Positions 1 through 13,399 of a stretch of DNA of 64,000 nucleotides are shown in pieces; position 1 is the stretch's first letter; each line of letters opens with the position of its first letter. The notes below the pieces were generated by a model that saw only the letters and a program-made list of their open reading frames with translations, was not told the DNA's origin and did no database searches. This DNA comes from Malacoraja senta (taxonomy: Eukaryota), in assembly GCA_038087875.1 (NCBI GenBank), contig CM075986.1, positions 16,554,001-16,618,000 on the forward strand, written 5' to 3'. A program made the position numbers and the translations under genes.

Positions 1-524
1 CCTCATTAAAAACTTCCGGGACCTGAGGACTTCCAAAACAGTTTTCAGTTGATTAGGTACAATCACCATAATCTAAATAACTGAAGCAATCCAGCTGTGC
101 ACAACTCCATAAAATATATAACTAGCAATACAGCTTGATTATTTTGGTGACATAATAAATGGCAAAGAATTTAAAAAGTGGCTTTGGAATCTTTCAGTTG
201 AGTAGGGCCAATTCACCTTGGTTCAATATTTTCTTTAAGACCTTACTCTGACTTCATAACACTCCATCAGTACACAGCAAACACCCTAGATGAAGAGGTA
301 ATGACTTTAGTGAAACATACAACACTGTCATTTAGATTCAGATGAAAATAGTATGACTGAGCCATTTCACACGGCTTTCAGGATAATACATCCTTCCTGT
401 CTGCCACACTTGTTGGCACCCATGCTCAATAATAGTAATTTTACCCTAACCAAAAAGGTATGACTAAGTCTCACGCCAGAGACTTAAGCAAAAAATGTAA
501 AGACATCCCTAACTAGAATATATA

Positions 525-2095
525 CAGTGCATTCAGAAAGTATTCAGACCTTCACTTTTTCAACATTTTGCTACATTACAGCCTTATTCTAAAATGGATT
601 GAATTATTTTTTTATCATCAATCTACACACAATATCCCATAATAAAAAAAAGCAAAAACAGGTGTTCAGAAATGTTTGCAAAGTAATTGAAAAGAAATAA
701 CTGAAATATCAAATTTACATAAGTATTCAGACCCTTTACTCAGTACTTTGTTGAGGCACCTTTTGGCAACGATTAGTCTCAAGTCTTCTTGGGTATGACG
801 CTACAAGCTTGGCACAAGTATTTGGGTAATTTCTCCCATTCCTCTCTGCAGATCCTCTGAAGCTGTCAGGTTGGACGGGGAGTGTCAATGCACAGCTATT
901 TTCAGGTCCCTCCAGAGATGTTCGATCGGGTTCAAGTCCGGGCTCTGGCTGGGCCACTCAAGGACATTCAAATACTTGTCACGAAACCACTATTGCATTG
1001 TCTTGGCTGTGTGCTTAGGGTCATTGTCGTGTTGGAAGGTGAACCTCCACCCAGTCTGAGGTCCAGAACACTCTGGAGCAGGTTTTCATCAAGGATCTCT
1101 CTGTACTTTGCTCCGTTCATCTTTCCCTCGATCCTGACTAGTCTCCCAGTTCCTGACGCTGAAAAACATCCCCACAGCATGATGCTGCCACCACCAGGCT
1201 TCACTGTAGGTATGGTATTGGCCAGGTGATGAGCGGTGCCTGGTTTCCTCCAGACGTGACGCTTGGTATTCAGGCCAAAGAGTTCAATCTTGGTTTCATC
1301 AGACCAGAGAATCTTGTTTCTCATGCCTTTTGGCAAACTCCAAGCGGGCTGTCATGTGCCTTTTACTGAGGAGTGGCTTCCGTCTGGCCACTTTACCATA
1401 AAGGCCTGATTGGTGGAGTGCTGCAGATATAGTTGTCCTTCTGGACGGTTCTTCCATCTCCACAGAGTGACCATCGGGTTCATGGTCACCTCCCTGACCA
1501 AGGCACTTCTCCCCCAATTGTTCAGTTTGGCCAGGCGGCCAGCTCTATGAAGAGTCCTGGTGGTTCCAAAGTTCTTCCATTTAAGAATGACGGAGGCCAC
1601 TGTGCTCTTCGGGACCTGCAATGCTGCAGAATTTGTTTTATACCCTTCCCCAGATCTGTGTCTCCATACAATCCTGTCTCGGAGGTCTACGGGCAAATCC
1701 TTCGTCTTCATGGCTTGGTTTTTGGTCTGACATGCACTGTCAACTGTGGGGCGTTATATAGACAGGTGTGTGCCTTTCCAAATCATGTCCCATCAATTTA
1801 ATTTACCACTGGTGGACTCCAATCAAGTTGTGGAAACATCTTAAGGATAATCAATGGAAACAGGATGAACCAAAGCTCAATTTTGAGTGTCGTAGCAAAG
1901 GGTCTGAATACTTACGTAAATGTGATATCAGTTATTTATTTTTAATTAGAGCAAAAACTTACTTGCTTCTTCACTCTGGGGTATTGTGTGCAGATTGATG
2001 ATAAAAAAAATGAATTTAATCCATGTTAAAATAAGGCTGTAAAGTAGCAAAATGTAGAAAAAATGAAGGGGTCTGAATACTTTCTGAATGCACTG
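525..2095 (-). mobile_element. Full-length decayed Tc1/mariner DNA transposon (IR/DR type, Passport-like)
   Basis: TA dinucleotides at 523-524 and 2096-2097. Terminal inverted repeats start CAGTGCATTCAGAAAGTATTCAGACC at both ends and are about 210 bp long. Inner direct repeats AAGTATTCAGACCCTT at about 721 and about 1897-1914. Encloses a broken transposase. Confidence 0.95.
740..1711 (-). pseudogene. Frameshifted Tc1 transposase
   Basis: Pieces MKTKDLPVDLRDRIV..AGRLAKL (paired-like HTH), [32 protein letters not shown] and a C-terminal GASTKY* are spread over several frames (ORFs 1352-1711, 1299-1517, 968-1336, 736-957). Confidence 0.92.
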
Positions 2096-2436
2096 TAGAA
2101 ACCATTGCATAAACTAGGAACAGCTAAAAAAGAATCATGTTCCAGGCACCTTATTAAAGTTCCAAAACTAAATTTGATATAAAAGAAAAATACCCAAATC
2201 AAAACCTGCACAAATCAGAACCATGATACCAAGTGTATATGAAAATTACCGCTCGTTTTCAGACTAAGGAGAACTACAAAGGATATTGTAAATTAGGATA
2301 TAGACTAAAATGTAATGGGCAGCATTTAATAGAAAATTACATTTATCTGTTGCAACCATTCCCATACATGCAATTGAACTAGTTGCAGAATTTTTGCTGG
2401 ATAAAACTTCGCAGTGCTGAAATTAACACCTCTTAC

Positions 2437-2538
2437 CCGCTCTGCCAGTTCGTCCAATTCTGTGAGTGTGTGTATCAATATCACGAGCCACGTCATAGTT
2501 AACTACTGTCTTAATGGATGGAATATCCAAACCACGTG
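2437..2538 (-). CDS. DDX42: DDX42 coding exon 14 in window ([35 protein letters not shown]; helicase motifs V-VI)
   Basis: Acceptor ttacag and donor gtaag; 102 nt, phase 1-1; near-identical to human DDX42. The gene continues beyond position 1. Confidence 0.96.
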
Positions 2539-2789
2539 CTGTAATAAATGCAACAGTTGTTATTGCAATATCTGCATCAATAATTGAAAAAAAAAGACAT
2601 ATTTACAGACACTATGTTTGTACCCTGGAGAAATTACAACCTTACCCTCACCTTTGATGCTCTAGCTCACACAATCAACATTGGATCAATCGGTATTACT
2701 TCTGATTAAATTAAAAGTAAATGAAAAAATTGCGCTCACATATCCAGGCTGACACTGAAATACAGCAGCAGGAATGCTGTGTTCAGACA

Positions 2790-3200
2790 AGAAGCTTTGG
2801 TTATTTTTTTCAGGTGGAAGCTAAGTGACCCAAGTGTAATCAAGAAGGTGCATGATAGTGCCTCTACTGTCTTAGAAGTTGAAAGAGATCAGGCATGTCA
2901 CGGAATACTACTTCTACAGATGCTCTGTAGGTGTCCTGACTGGCTGCATCATAGTGTGGCAATTCCAACACACAGGAATGCAAGAGGCTGCAGAGACTGA
3001 TGGACCCAGCCCTCTCACCAATTGGAAGCATCTACATAAGGTTCTGCCTCAAGAAGACAGCACCTATAACGGATCCCTACCATTCAGGCGATGCTCTCTT
3101 CTCATTGCTACCATCAGGCAGAGCGTTCAGAAGCATGATCTGCTACACCACAACAGCCACCTTCTTACAATCATTAGGTTCTTAAACCGAACTACACATC
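2790..3200 (+). mobile_element. Decayed non-LTR retrotransposon fragment (RT C-terminal region, Rex1/L2-like)
   Basis: Remnant peptides FYRCSVGVLTGCIIVW and DPYHSGDALFSLLPSGRAFRS. Confidence 0.65.
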
Positions 3201-5203
3201 ACCTAATTCTACTTCAGTAACAGATAATGTCTTGTACTTCCATGGAGTTGTCTTCAAATTGTGTTTTGCATTAATATCCAAGAACACCACAGAAAAAGGT
3301 CCATCAGCCCACGGTGTCTCTGCCGAATATTGTGCCTACTTAAACTAATCCCTTCCGTTTGCAAGTTCTCAGTATCACTCTTGTTTTTGGCGTTTGTTTT
3401 AGCGGATGATTTTCGTCTGCCCGGATCTATGTGCCCATGATGCTGCTGGAAGTAAGTTTTTGCTCTAGTTCCTTTAGTGACTAGTACCTCTCCATACACA
3501 AACCTGACTTGACGCTGGCACTATTTCAATGCTGAGCAGTCTCATTAACAATACTTACCCCATAATCAATTTAATTAAGTGTTACTGGGTCATGATAAAA
3601 TTGACTACACTTCAGAGGTACTAAAGTGGTGGCCAGGTAAAAAAAGAAAATATAAATACAAATCTCCTCGGAGGGGGGGGAAGAATGAAGTTGAACTTTT
3701 GTCATTAAAACCCTCACTCTCTTTAAGCATGCTAATCCAAGTACGGGCTCATCTTCATTCCCTTAAATCCAAAATATGCACTCTTGAATACATGTGTTGT
3801 ATGATTGTCTATGCCATTTGCCATCAAATCTGAGAGGACTGCTTAATCATCAGCTGTGAACTCTTTCCGTATCATCATGGAAGGTAAAGCTAATTTATTT
3901 TCTTTATTAGACTCCTGAGCCAATCACCTTTCACATCCCATTCCTGGAGGTGCTTGCAAACATATACTCTTTTAACTCTACCTCATGCAGTTATTGCTTT
4001 GTTGCATTTTAATATTCTTTAGCACTACTCAGATTTTGCATGACAATCTTTCCATGGCCTGCTGTTTTGCACTCATTGTTTTTTATCATTACTCTCTACA
4101 TATTTTTTACTCTAGGTATAACACGAACCAGCAATTTCATTGTACCCTGGTGTATATAACAATAAACTAATCTTTTGAGTGTTAAACCCGTCTCTCCTTC
4201 ATGCTTACTGCCATCAGGCCTCACACTAACAACTTCAATCATTACTCTGGCTTTTGTTCCTCTGACTGCACCTTACGTTTCCTCACCAATGAAGCTTCTG
4301 AATATTTTGCTATCCCCAAAAACCTGTCTGTTTCTTGGAACTCCATTTCAGAAGCCCATCGGCCCAGTTTCTGCTCCTACCATATTCAGCAAAATGGGAT
4401 AAAAGAGACAAATAATGTTCCGTGCAAAATTCATTTATTCATTCATTCTTTGGAATGTAGGTGTTATTGGTAATTCCCATCCCTAAATACCAGTGAGCTA
4501 GTGATACCACCAACAGCCATCTGATGAAGGTCCTCTCTCAGTGCTGGCAGCAGCAACTTACAAGATTTAGACTCATCAACAGTGAAAGAGATTTATATGT
4601 TCAAGACATCATGGTGTACAACTTGGAAGGGAATCTGTAGGTGGTAGTGTTCCCATACACCTGCTGTCCTTAACCATCTGTTTTTCTCTTTTGCGCTACA
4701 TGATGTACTCAAATACGGTACGAGTAGCTTGGATGTCATGCAACGGTTTTCACTGTATCTCGGTGCACCTGACTAATAAATCAATAACTAATATCAAGTC
4801 TACAGCATCCTATCATGTTCCCGCTTATGTGATGTAGATGGTAGAAAGCAGTGTAAGGGCTTAAAACACTCAACGCAGGTTACCAGGCAGATTAGCCTGA
4901 CTGCTTGATTTATATGGCTGGTGCAGTTGAGTTTCTGCTCAATAACAACCTGTCGCTTGCCCGTAGAATGTTGATGGCTGGTGAATGTCAATGGAACACA
5001 CAAAGTGCTGGAGCAACACTGATCAGGCAGTTTATGTGGATGACATAGATAGGGGACATTTGGAGTCAGGGCCCCACCCAAAATGTCACCTATCCACGTG
5101 GATGATGCCCGACTCGCATCGTTACTCCAGCAAATTGTGTTTTTTTTTTCAATTGTCACCCAGCATCTGCAGCTCCTTGTTCTCCAAATGTCAATGGAAG
5201 ATT

Positions 5204-5488
5204 GCGGCACAGTGGCGCAGCGGTACAGTTGCTGCCTTACAGCACCAGAGACCCAGGTTAAATCCTGAATATGGGTGCTGTCTGTATGGAGTCTGAATGT
5301 TCTCTGTGAATGTGTGGATTTTCTCCAGCCGGTTTCCTCACACACTTCAAACACGTGCAGATTTGTAGGTTAATTGGCTTCAGTAAAATTGTACATTGGC
5401 CCGAGTGTATAGGATAGTGCTTGTGTTCAAGGTGATCAGTGGTCCGCGCAGATTCGTGCCTGTTTCTACGCTGCATTTCTAAAGTAAA
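5204..5488 (+). mobile_element. tRNA-derived SINE (V-SINE/HE1-like)
   Basis: A-box head GGCACAGTGGCGCAGCGG, B-box-like GGTTAAATCC, V-domain-like core (GTCTGTATGGAG..TTCTC..GGTTTCCTC), CR1-like tail. Several related copies in the window. Confidence 0.8.
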
Positions 5489-6698
5489 GATGGATAGACT
5501 TTCTCTCCTATTGGAGACGATCAGTGCTTGACATTTTTGCAGCGCCAATGTTACTTGCTTCTGATCAGCCCAGGCCACAATGTCATCTGGTCCTTAACCG
5601 ATGTAGGTATGGACCACTTAATTTGCTGATTTGTAGTAAATAGAATTGAACATTGTACAATCATCAGCTAACATCCCCATTTATGACATTATAATGGTAG
5701 GAATGTCATTGCTGAAACATTAAGACCATTAGACGCTGAGGAAGTCGTTCTATTCTGGGACTGGGTTAATTGACCTACAACAATTGCAACCATTCTTCAG
5801 TACATGGTTGGAATCTTACTTCCAGAGTGTTTTCCCTGTGATGCCCATTGACTTTATTTTCTAAAGACTTCTTGATGCCACTCAGTCAAATGCTGCCTTA
5901 GTATCTCGGGCAGTCATTCCCTACCCCATCTTTGGAATTCAGCTTTAAGCTTCACATCTGGACAAGGTTGTGATGAGATTCAGCTTTAAGCTTCACATCT
6001 GCCGAGAATCAGTCCACTTTTGCTACATTACTTCAATCTTACAAAACCGAGCTTCCCCCAATTTAGAACTTTTACTTGTATTTTAACATCGTAATTCCCC
6101 AAAAATATACTAAATCTAACCCAATTATAATCACATCACAAATCGCCTTTCCCTCGGATACTTTTTTCACGTATCCAGTTTCAATCCTGAAAACTAAATC
6201 CAGAATTTACCTCCTTCATTGGACTTGCTACATGATGGTAAAAGAAAATAATCTGCAGCAAGCAATTACAAAATCCCAAGTGTCCTCTATAATTCTAAAA
6301 CGACCCTACCAGTTAATGTCAGAATAATTGTACCCCCCTCTCCACCTTTTAGTCTTAGTTTTTTTTGCACTTGCAGGAATGTGCCTAATTTGCTCCCCCC
6401 AAGATTATTTGGTTTATTGTCCCCTTCCAACAAAGTGATTAATATTTTGTTCTTTTGACAATCGTTTGCCGATCCTTCTATCATTATCGATCCTTGTCAT
6501 TATCGCTGCTTATATTTTCTTTACCACGTATTGTCACTCCCACTTTTTTTAAATCTCCTCTATCTCACGCAAAAATCCTACAACTGAGTATACTAAGCTA
6601 CCAGTCATGTCTCTTTAAGCTGTTTCTATATCAGCTGAAACCACACCTAACAAAACAATCGATACCTTCATCTCATCTGACCCTTCACTAAACTCTTT

Positions 6699-6837
6699 CT
6701 TCTTCTTGCGTATGGCATGCACAGCCTAAAGTTGTAAGCTTTAAACTTGTTCTGTTTGATCTTCTGTTTGTGCACGCCAGGTTGATTGCATTCGTCAAAA
6801 CAAGGTGGACCACATGAAGGTTGTAATCTCCCACCCC
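6699..6837 (-). mobile_element. Short unclassified retroposon with (GAA)n tail
   Basis: 11-bp TSD CTAAACTCTTT at 6688-6698 and 6838-6848; minus-strand tail CATACGCAAGAAGAAG. Confidence 0.65.
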
Positions 6838-6924
6838 CTAAACTCTTTGAGATTAAGTATATTACATTAAACACAAATAGATTCTTGTTTGTCTATTTTC
6901 CAACCCTCCCTTGTCTTTTTCGGA

Positions 6925-7143
6925 TCTCTCCAGTCTGTACGGAGTTTGTATGCACACCCCGAAACCTCGCAGGTTCTCTCCAGTTTTCTCCCACATTCCA
7001 AAGACGTGTAGGTTTGTGGATTAATTGGCGTCAGTAAGAATTGTAAATTGTTCCGAGTGTGTAGGACAGTGCCAGTGTATGGTGTGATTGCTGGTCGGCG
7101 TGGACTATGGCCAAAAGGGCCTGTTTCCACGCTGTATCTCTAA
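6925..7143 (+). mobile_element. 5'-truncated V-SINE/HE1-like SINE
   Basis: Same core and tail as the copy at 5204-5488. Confidence 0.7.
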
Positions 7144-7868
7144 ATATTCATCAAGACATCATTCCTCATGTAGTTTCATTCCTCTTCTGGTTTGTTCCTC
7201 CACTGGGCATACCCAAAGCCTCGTGCTTTCAGCTGGCCATCTTTTTTGCAGTGATATTGATGTCAAAGTGCCCGAGTTCCAGGATGATAATAGAGCAGTG
7301 TTCAGGACTATCATTTTTGCAATCGTCTATATAGGTTCAGATATTCCTTTTACTGTGGATTGCAAGCAGCCAGAGTGAGGTTTCATTTAATATTGTCAGC
7401 CACTGCACACGGTCACCACACAGGCTTCATAGAGTGCAACCTTGATCCAGTGGCAATGGTATAAGACCACTGCAGACTCTGCTGCATGGATGTCAATGCT
7501 CACACATACATGGGTACATACATAGATGCCACCAAAGCATCCATGTGCTCAGGCTTACCCACTGCCTTCCTCCTTGCTTGCTCAAGCTGCAGAGCTCAAC
7601 TAAACACCAGCCATGTTGCAGTCATGGGCTACAGCCATACACCAGGCTACATTCCCCACATGACTCAAGCTCAAACACCAAACTACATCCCCAATAGAAA
7701 CTATCCACAAACACATTGCCTCCCAAGCTCAAACTTTAGCTGCACACCTAACCACTTTCCCAACCCAGGCTCTGAAGTTCCAATGCTTTAACATGCATCT
7801 TATTCTTTAATTTCAGAAGGTGTGGAACAAATTCACCTTTTTCTATAAAGGAAAGGGGAGAAGCTCAC

Positions 7869-8145
7869 CTGCCACATCTGTAGCCACCATAATAGGAATT
7901 GACTTTTTCTTGAAATCGGTGATGACTTTGTTTCTTTCACTCTGGTCCATATCTCCATGCAACAGTCCAACAGTATAACCCTCCTGGTTTAGATTAGCAG
8001 CAAGTTCATCACTATTAGCTTTCTTGGTCACAAAGATAAGTACACTGCCTCTGGATGTCATCTCCACCAGTCGTCTTGTGAGCCAATCCCACTTCTCAGG
8101 ACCAGATGACATAATCTCCACGATCTGAGTGATATCCTCGTTTGC
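7869..8145 (-). CDS. DDX42: DDX42 coding exon 13 (ANEDITQIVEI...LHGDMDQSERNKVI...VATDVA)
   Basis: 277 nt, ttttag/gtgag borders; matches ORF 7843-8121; helicase C-domain motifs. Confidence 0.97.
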
Positions 8146-8890
8146 CTAAAACAAATGTTAACGAGGATTAACGTTATTACAATGGACATGGTACCAGACA
8201 ATGCTGAGGCTGAAGTGACGGCAATACCACAACTGGAATCCCAGATGATGATACCAGTGGTTACAGAGAAAGTAGGAGAGTTGGAAACTGGATGGAAAAT
8301 TTCTTAGAATGTACAAGATAAAGGGGATTTAGTTCAGGTGAACAAAATTATAGGAAGCATGACAGAGAGGACAAGAAGGAGCAATTTATCTCAGAGGAGA
8401 GGCCAGTAATTCGGGACATAAATTCATGTTATGTTATTAGGTATTAGAAAGGAGTGAAATAAAGAATTGGATACATTCTAATTAATCATAGAATGGTCAC
8501 ATGATTTCTGAGGCCATTGGGTCCACTGTGTTTACATCTACAATACTTTGTAATCAGGGATATTTAATGGAGAGTGCCGACTCCTTTTGAACCAAAATTC
8601 TATTAGCACCACATCACAGTCCCACATGGCTGTTTGTTCCTGCAGCTTGCCAATCTTATTTACTTCACTCTGCAAATTTACTTGCATGCATAGCAAACCA
8701 AATCTAGTTGTTATTTTACTTCCATTTCACTGACTCAGTAAAATTCTTAAACTGACCTAATCGTGTGAATTATCTTCCATTTTATCAATTTAGCATTTTA
8801 TTTTTTGTATTGTTGTGAATGCTGCTGTGAATGACCTATTTTATTATGGTTAATATGCATTAAAAGTTAGCAATTTTTCAGTCATATTAC

Positions 8891-8988
8891 CTCTCCTATG
8901 TCTCCTTGTACAACTCGAATAGGATCATTGAGGATATCTCGAGCCAGCCTCTCTATCTTCTTCCGGAATGTAGCACTAAAGAGCAAAG
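8891..8988 (-). CDS. DDX42: DDX42 coding exon 12 (TLLFSATFRKKIERLARDILNDPIRVVQGDIGE; motif III SAT)
   Basis: 98 nt, tttcag/gtaat borders, in frame with neighbours. Confidence 0.96.
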
Positions 8989-9888
8989 CTGAAACACAGA
9001 TCCCATATTTAAGTGAATTCCTCAATAACTAGAGTGTGATGGAAATAAAAACACAAATTGAGAGAAACAGTTAGAAGGTTAGGAAGCAACTGTGAAGAGA
9101 GGAACAGTGGGGGCATATCCAGAAAGCCAATTTGTACTGATATAAGAAAGAAAAACTGAGCCAACATAGGTAGATGACAGACAAAAATGGCCAATTCTGA
9201 TTCAGTCAGAAAGCAACAGCGTTGAACTTGGAAAATTCAATATCGAGTCGAGAAAGCTGCAAAGTGCTGACAGAAGATGAAATGCTGTCCGTCCAGAATG
9301 CACTGGACCTCATTGTAGCAGTGGACGCTACAGAAAGAAAGGTCAGTGAATAGGATAGAAAAAGTTAAAGCAGCAGGCAACCAGAAACCAAGGATCATTC
9401 ATGTGGACTAAACACACAGGTGCACCACAAAGTGATCACTCAATACGTGTCTGGTTTATCCAATACAGAAGAGACCACATTGTGAACACCAAATGCAAAC
9501 AAGAGGAAGTATAACATTGAAGGGAAGAGACAAGATAGATGGTGAGAATCTTTTTCCAAGGATGCAATACCAAAGGGCATTGGTTAAAATGACATGGGAA
9601 AAGTTTAATAGGAGCTTTACAAGGCAACTTTTTTTATTTACAGAATTTGGCAGGCACGTGGAATGTTTTGCCAAGGAAGGTGATAGAAACAGATACCATA
9701 ATAACATTTCACCTGCATTTAAACAGACACACGAGCAAGCAGGGAATAAAAGGGTATGGACCACATGCTAGAAAATAGGATTAGTATAAATTGGCATTGT
9801 GGTTGGTGGGGACATTATGGGCCAAAGGGCCTGATTCTGTGCTGTATTGTTCTATATTCCACGTGCAAGTGAACAATTGCTTCATCTG

Positions 9889-10120
9889 AAGATAGACACA
9901 AAATGCTGGAGTAACTCAGCGGGACTGGCAGCATCTCGATAGAAGGAATGGGTGCTGTTTCGGGTTGAGACCCTTCTTGAAACGGAATCAGACTTAAAAA
10001 AGGTCACGACCCTAAACGTCACCCATTCCTTCTATCCAGATATGCTACTAGTCCCGCTGAGTTACTCTAGCATTTTGTGTCTATCTTTGATTTAAACCAG
10101 CATCTGCAGTTCCTTCCTAC
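9889..10120 (+). mobile_element. Penelope-type/hammerhead-bearing short fold-back element
   Basis: Inverted arms; 17-bp TSD AACAATTGCTTCATCTG at 9872-9888 and 10121-10137. Confidence 0.8.
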
Positions 10121-11635
10121 AACAATTGCTTCATCTGTTTGAGAAAGTTCAGAAATCTGCAGCTATCTTCGGATTTTTAATTTCGTTTTTGGGAAAAGGA
10201 AACAACCTTAGACAGGTTGCCAAGCAGAATATAGATGAGAAATTCTATTTACCAAGAATATATAATTCAGCTACAAATTGCAAAAGGCAGATTCAGAATA
10301 GAGTCTGATCACTTCCTGCAGAATGCCCAAGGATAAAACTAAAGGCAAATATGGAACGTAAATAAATTGATTGATGAAGCCATAATTTTCTGTGAATAAG
10401 GGAAACTATTGTACATCTGCATTAATCTTTTCAACGCCATTTTCTAAACATGCTTCAAATTTCTTCAAGTTTCATGCTTACTGCAAAATTAATGCATTCC
10501 ACATCATAATTAAATTCAACTAGTCTTCCGATCTATGCAACACCCTCTCTCCAACATCAAATAAAGGCCCAGCTCTATACAGCTATCTGGATATTGTGAT
10601 TACCTGTTGTACCATCTCCAACAGTCTATGCCTTAGCTTCACAATAGTGAATTTCCATCCAGATTCTTGTGCTTGGGTGTTGCGGGAAAGACCATCATTA
10701 ACAGTCCATCCCAAGTGGATGTTCCTGGAGCTCCTTTACAAAGAATGCTGTTTGAAAAATCTAAAAGGCTTGCAGGATCAGGGAGAGTAGCAAAAAGTAC
10801 CCGTATTGCATTAGGTAAAATTAATCTTCTGCCTTTGCACTTCTTCCTATTTTATGCTCACTATAGACCTTGTTTCACTACTACAAGTGATGTATTTATT
10901 CTTCGCAATGATACAATTCGCAGCATATGTACCCCTGAAAGATGTAAATTTAAGTATGTGATTAATTAAACTGATTTTGAGACAAAACATGCTTTAGCTC
11001 AAGTTTTCTAGGAACATCATTCACTGCCTTTAAATATCAGCACACTACAGCCTCTGTACTTGTTATATCAGTTATAGCTCAACCAGATGTGATGATTCAA
11101 AATCCTCCCTTCGACCACCAGCACATTGAGCTTTTTGTGGGTTGACAGGCACTGGAGCAGTGATTATTTTAAATCTCATGCCCTCCTCATTTGCAACACC
11201 CATCAATGAAAAGGAAAACAGTGATGTTGTGGGTAGAACATCACGCCATCCACAATTTGGCAAATATTACCAATCCTTCATCAGTGGTGGATTTGCAACC
11301 TGGAAGTCCCAAGTAAAACTAGTATGGGTGCATTCCAGAAGGAACACATCAGATCTCCAGCTTCAGAAGATCATAACATTCCCAAGACAATTCAAGCTGT
11401 GCAATGTGTTAGTCTTGTGTGAGGAACAAATATTTGGAATATAGAGATTTTCCTATGCCGATTTTAAGACTCTATCTACAACAAGTTTACACTGTTTTAA
11501 AGTTATACACCTTGATTTATAGGAGCTGAAACCACTTCATGAGTTAATACATTTCTCTAAAATAACTACTAATGTCAGACTTTAGATGAACTATCACTGG
11601 TTATGAACTTAGAAAAACAAAGCACCAATACTTAC

Positions 11636-11683
11636 TTTGTCTGTCTGGACGTACGTGATTTGCTACTGATCGGACTTGATATT
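11636..11683 (-). CDS. DDX42: DDX42 coding exon 11 (EYQVRSVANHVRPDRQ)
   Basis: 48 nt, ttcag/gtaag borders. Confidence 0.95.
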
Positions 11684-12275
11684 CTGAAAATGTGAAAGAA
11701 ACAACAACATTTAGACCACGACCATCACTGCTCAGTCACTCAGTAGTGCTTCAGTGTATAAAAATGAGTGTTCTATATATTGACAAGTGGCATCCAAAAG
11801 TAAAGAACAAAATTTGAATGGCATGTACCTATTTACATAAAGTAATAGCGTGTACATGGCTTTCATTGGTAGTGGGGTCAATGAATCAAGAATGCAAAGA
11901 TACAGCACACTGTCCATTTCCTACCTTGAAAGAGCCATTGTTTTAAAATTATCCATTTTCAAATTTCCAAGGCCACAACCCTACCAGCTCTAATATTTGT
12001 ATCCATCCCTCCCAACTTAATGGTTCTCTAACTCTAGATCTGAATCAATGGTGCATTTGATTATTCTACGATCAACCAGTCTTGCCTTTCATTACCAACA
12101 TCACAAACTCTTGAAATTCATCCCTCTCATTTTTAGTCTTTTCAGAATCATTAATTCTCTTTGATCAAACTTTGATCATTTACCCCAACATTGGTTTGAA
12201 ACCGTGTGATAATGCACATGTGCTTTGCTCTTTTTAAGATGTATAAATGATTCGGATATTTACAACAAGAAATCA

Positions 12276-12455
<180 letters not shown>

Positions 12456-13054
12456 TTAATCTTAACAATCCATGCAGCAATTTACATCAAACACATTACA
12501 TTACTTATGTTTCCTAATCATTCTGAGCCACGTGAACAATTATTTTACACCATTTCCTCTGAAATATTGATACAAAGTTCCAACAACGTAATGCAGCCAA
12601 CTTAAAAAATAAATTATATTATCTATTGCATATATAAGGCATTCAGCATTAAAGAGTACACTGCCACCTGTGGATAGATTGAAACATTTTTTAAAAACAC
12701 AATTCACGCTGAAGTGGCTGTTTAAGCAAAGTGGTTAGCAATTTTGGATGATCGGCCATGATCATATTGAAGGGCTCAAAGGGCCGAATGGCCTACTCCT
12801 GCACCTATTTTCTATGTTTCTAATTATGAGGAAATGTAGGTTTAATCTTGCAAACAAGGCAAGATTTTCACTTTAAAAATATTTGTAAAATAAAGTTATT
12901 TTGTCTTTGAGTAATGCAAGATCTTCCTGCCATTTCAGATGGTTCCACAGACACTACTATTTCACATAGCAGGCAAGTCCTCCAAAATTTATCCCTCAAA
13001 AAATGCTTCTAGAGTTGATCATTTGAACATTCAGATCTTCTACAATTGTACAAG

Positions 13055-13378
13055 TTTAGTTTAGTTTAGAGATACAGCGCAGAAACAGGCCCTTTGGCCC
13101 AGCGAGTCCGCACGGACCTCCGATACCCGCACATTAACACAAACAAATAGGGACAATTTACACATATACGAAGTATACAAACCCAAGCCAATTTACCTAC
13201 AAATCTGTACGTCTTTGGAGTGTGGGATGAAACCAAAGATCTCGGAGAAAACCACCCGGTCACAGGGAGAGCGTACAAACTCCATACAGACAGCGCCCGT
13301 AGTCGGGATCAAAACCAGGTCTCCGGCTCTGCAAGCACTGTAAGGCAACAACTCTACCGCTGCACCAAGGTACCGCCC
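13055..13378 (-). mobile_element. V-SINE/HE1-like SINE
   Basis: Reverse complement of the family at 5204, with a (CTAAA)n tail at 13055-13070. Confidence 0.8.
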
Positions 13379-13399
13379 TTGTCATTGGCGAGACACACA

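Noticed and set aside
400-430. Minus-strand GGTGCCAAC (GAN) as the next DDX42 exon (..LEGANQ..)
   Set aside because: The surrounding translation does not match DDX42. The next exon lies outside the window.
5204-5275. tRNA-like A/B boxes
   Set aside because: These are SINE heads followed by SINE body and tail, not tRNA genes.
4800-5578. ORFs of 100-184 aa
   Set aside because: They run through SINE and Penelope-type repeats and are not genes.
5937-6001. Repeat-spacer-repeat resembling a CRISPR unit
   Set aside because: Only two repeats, a eukaryotic intron context and no cas genes.
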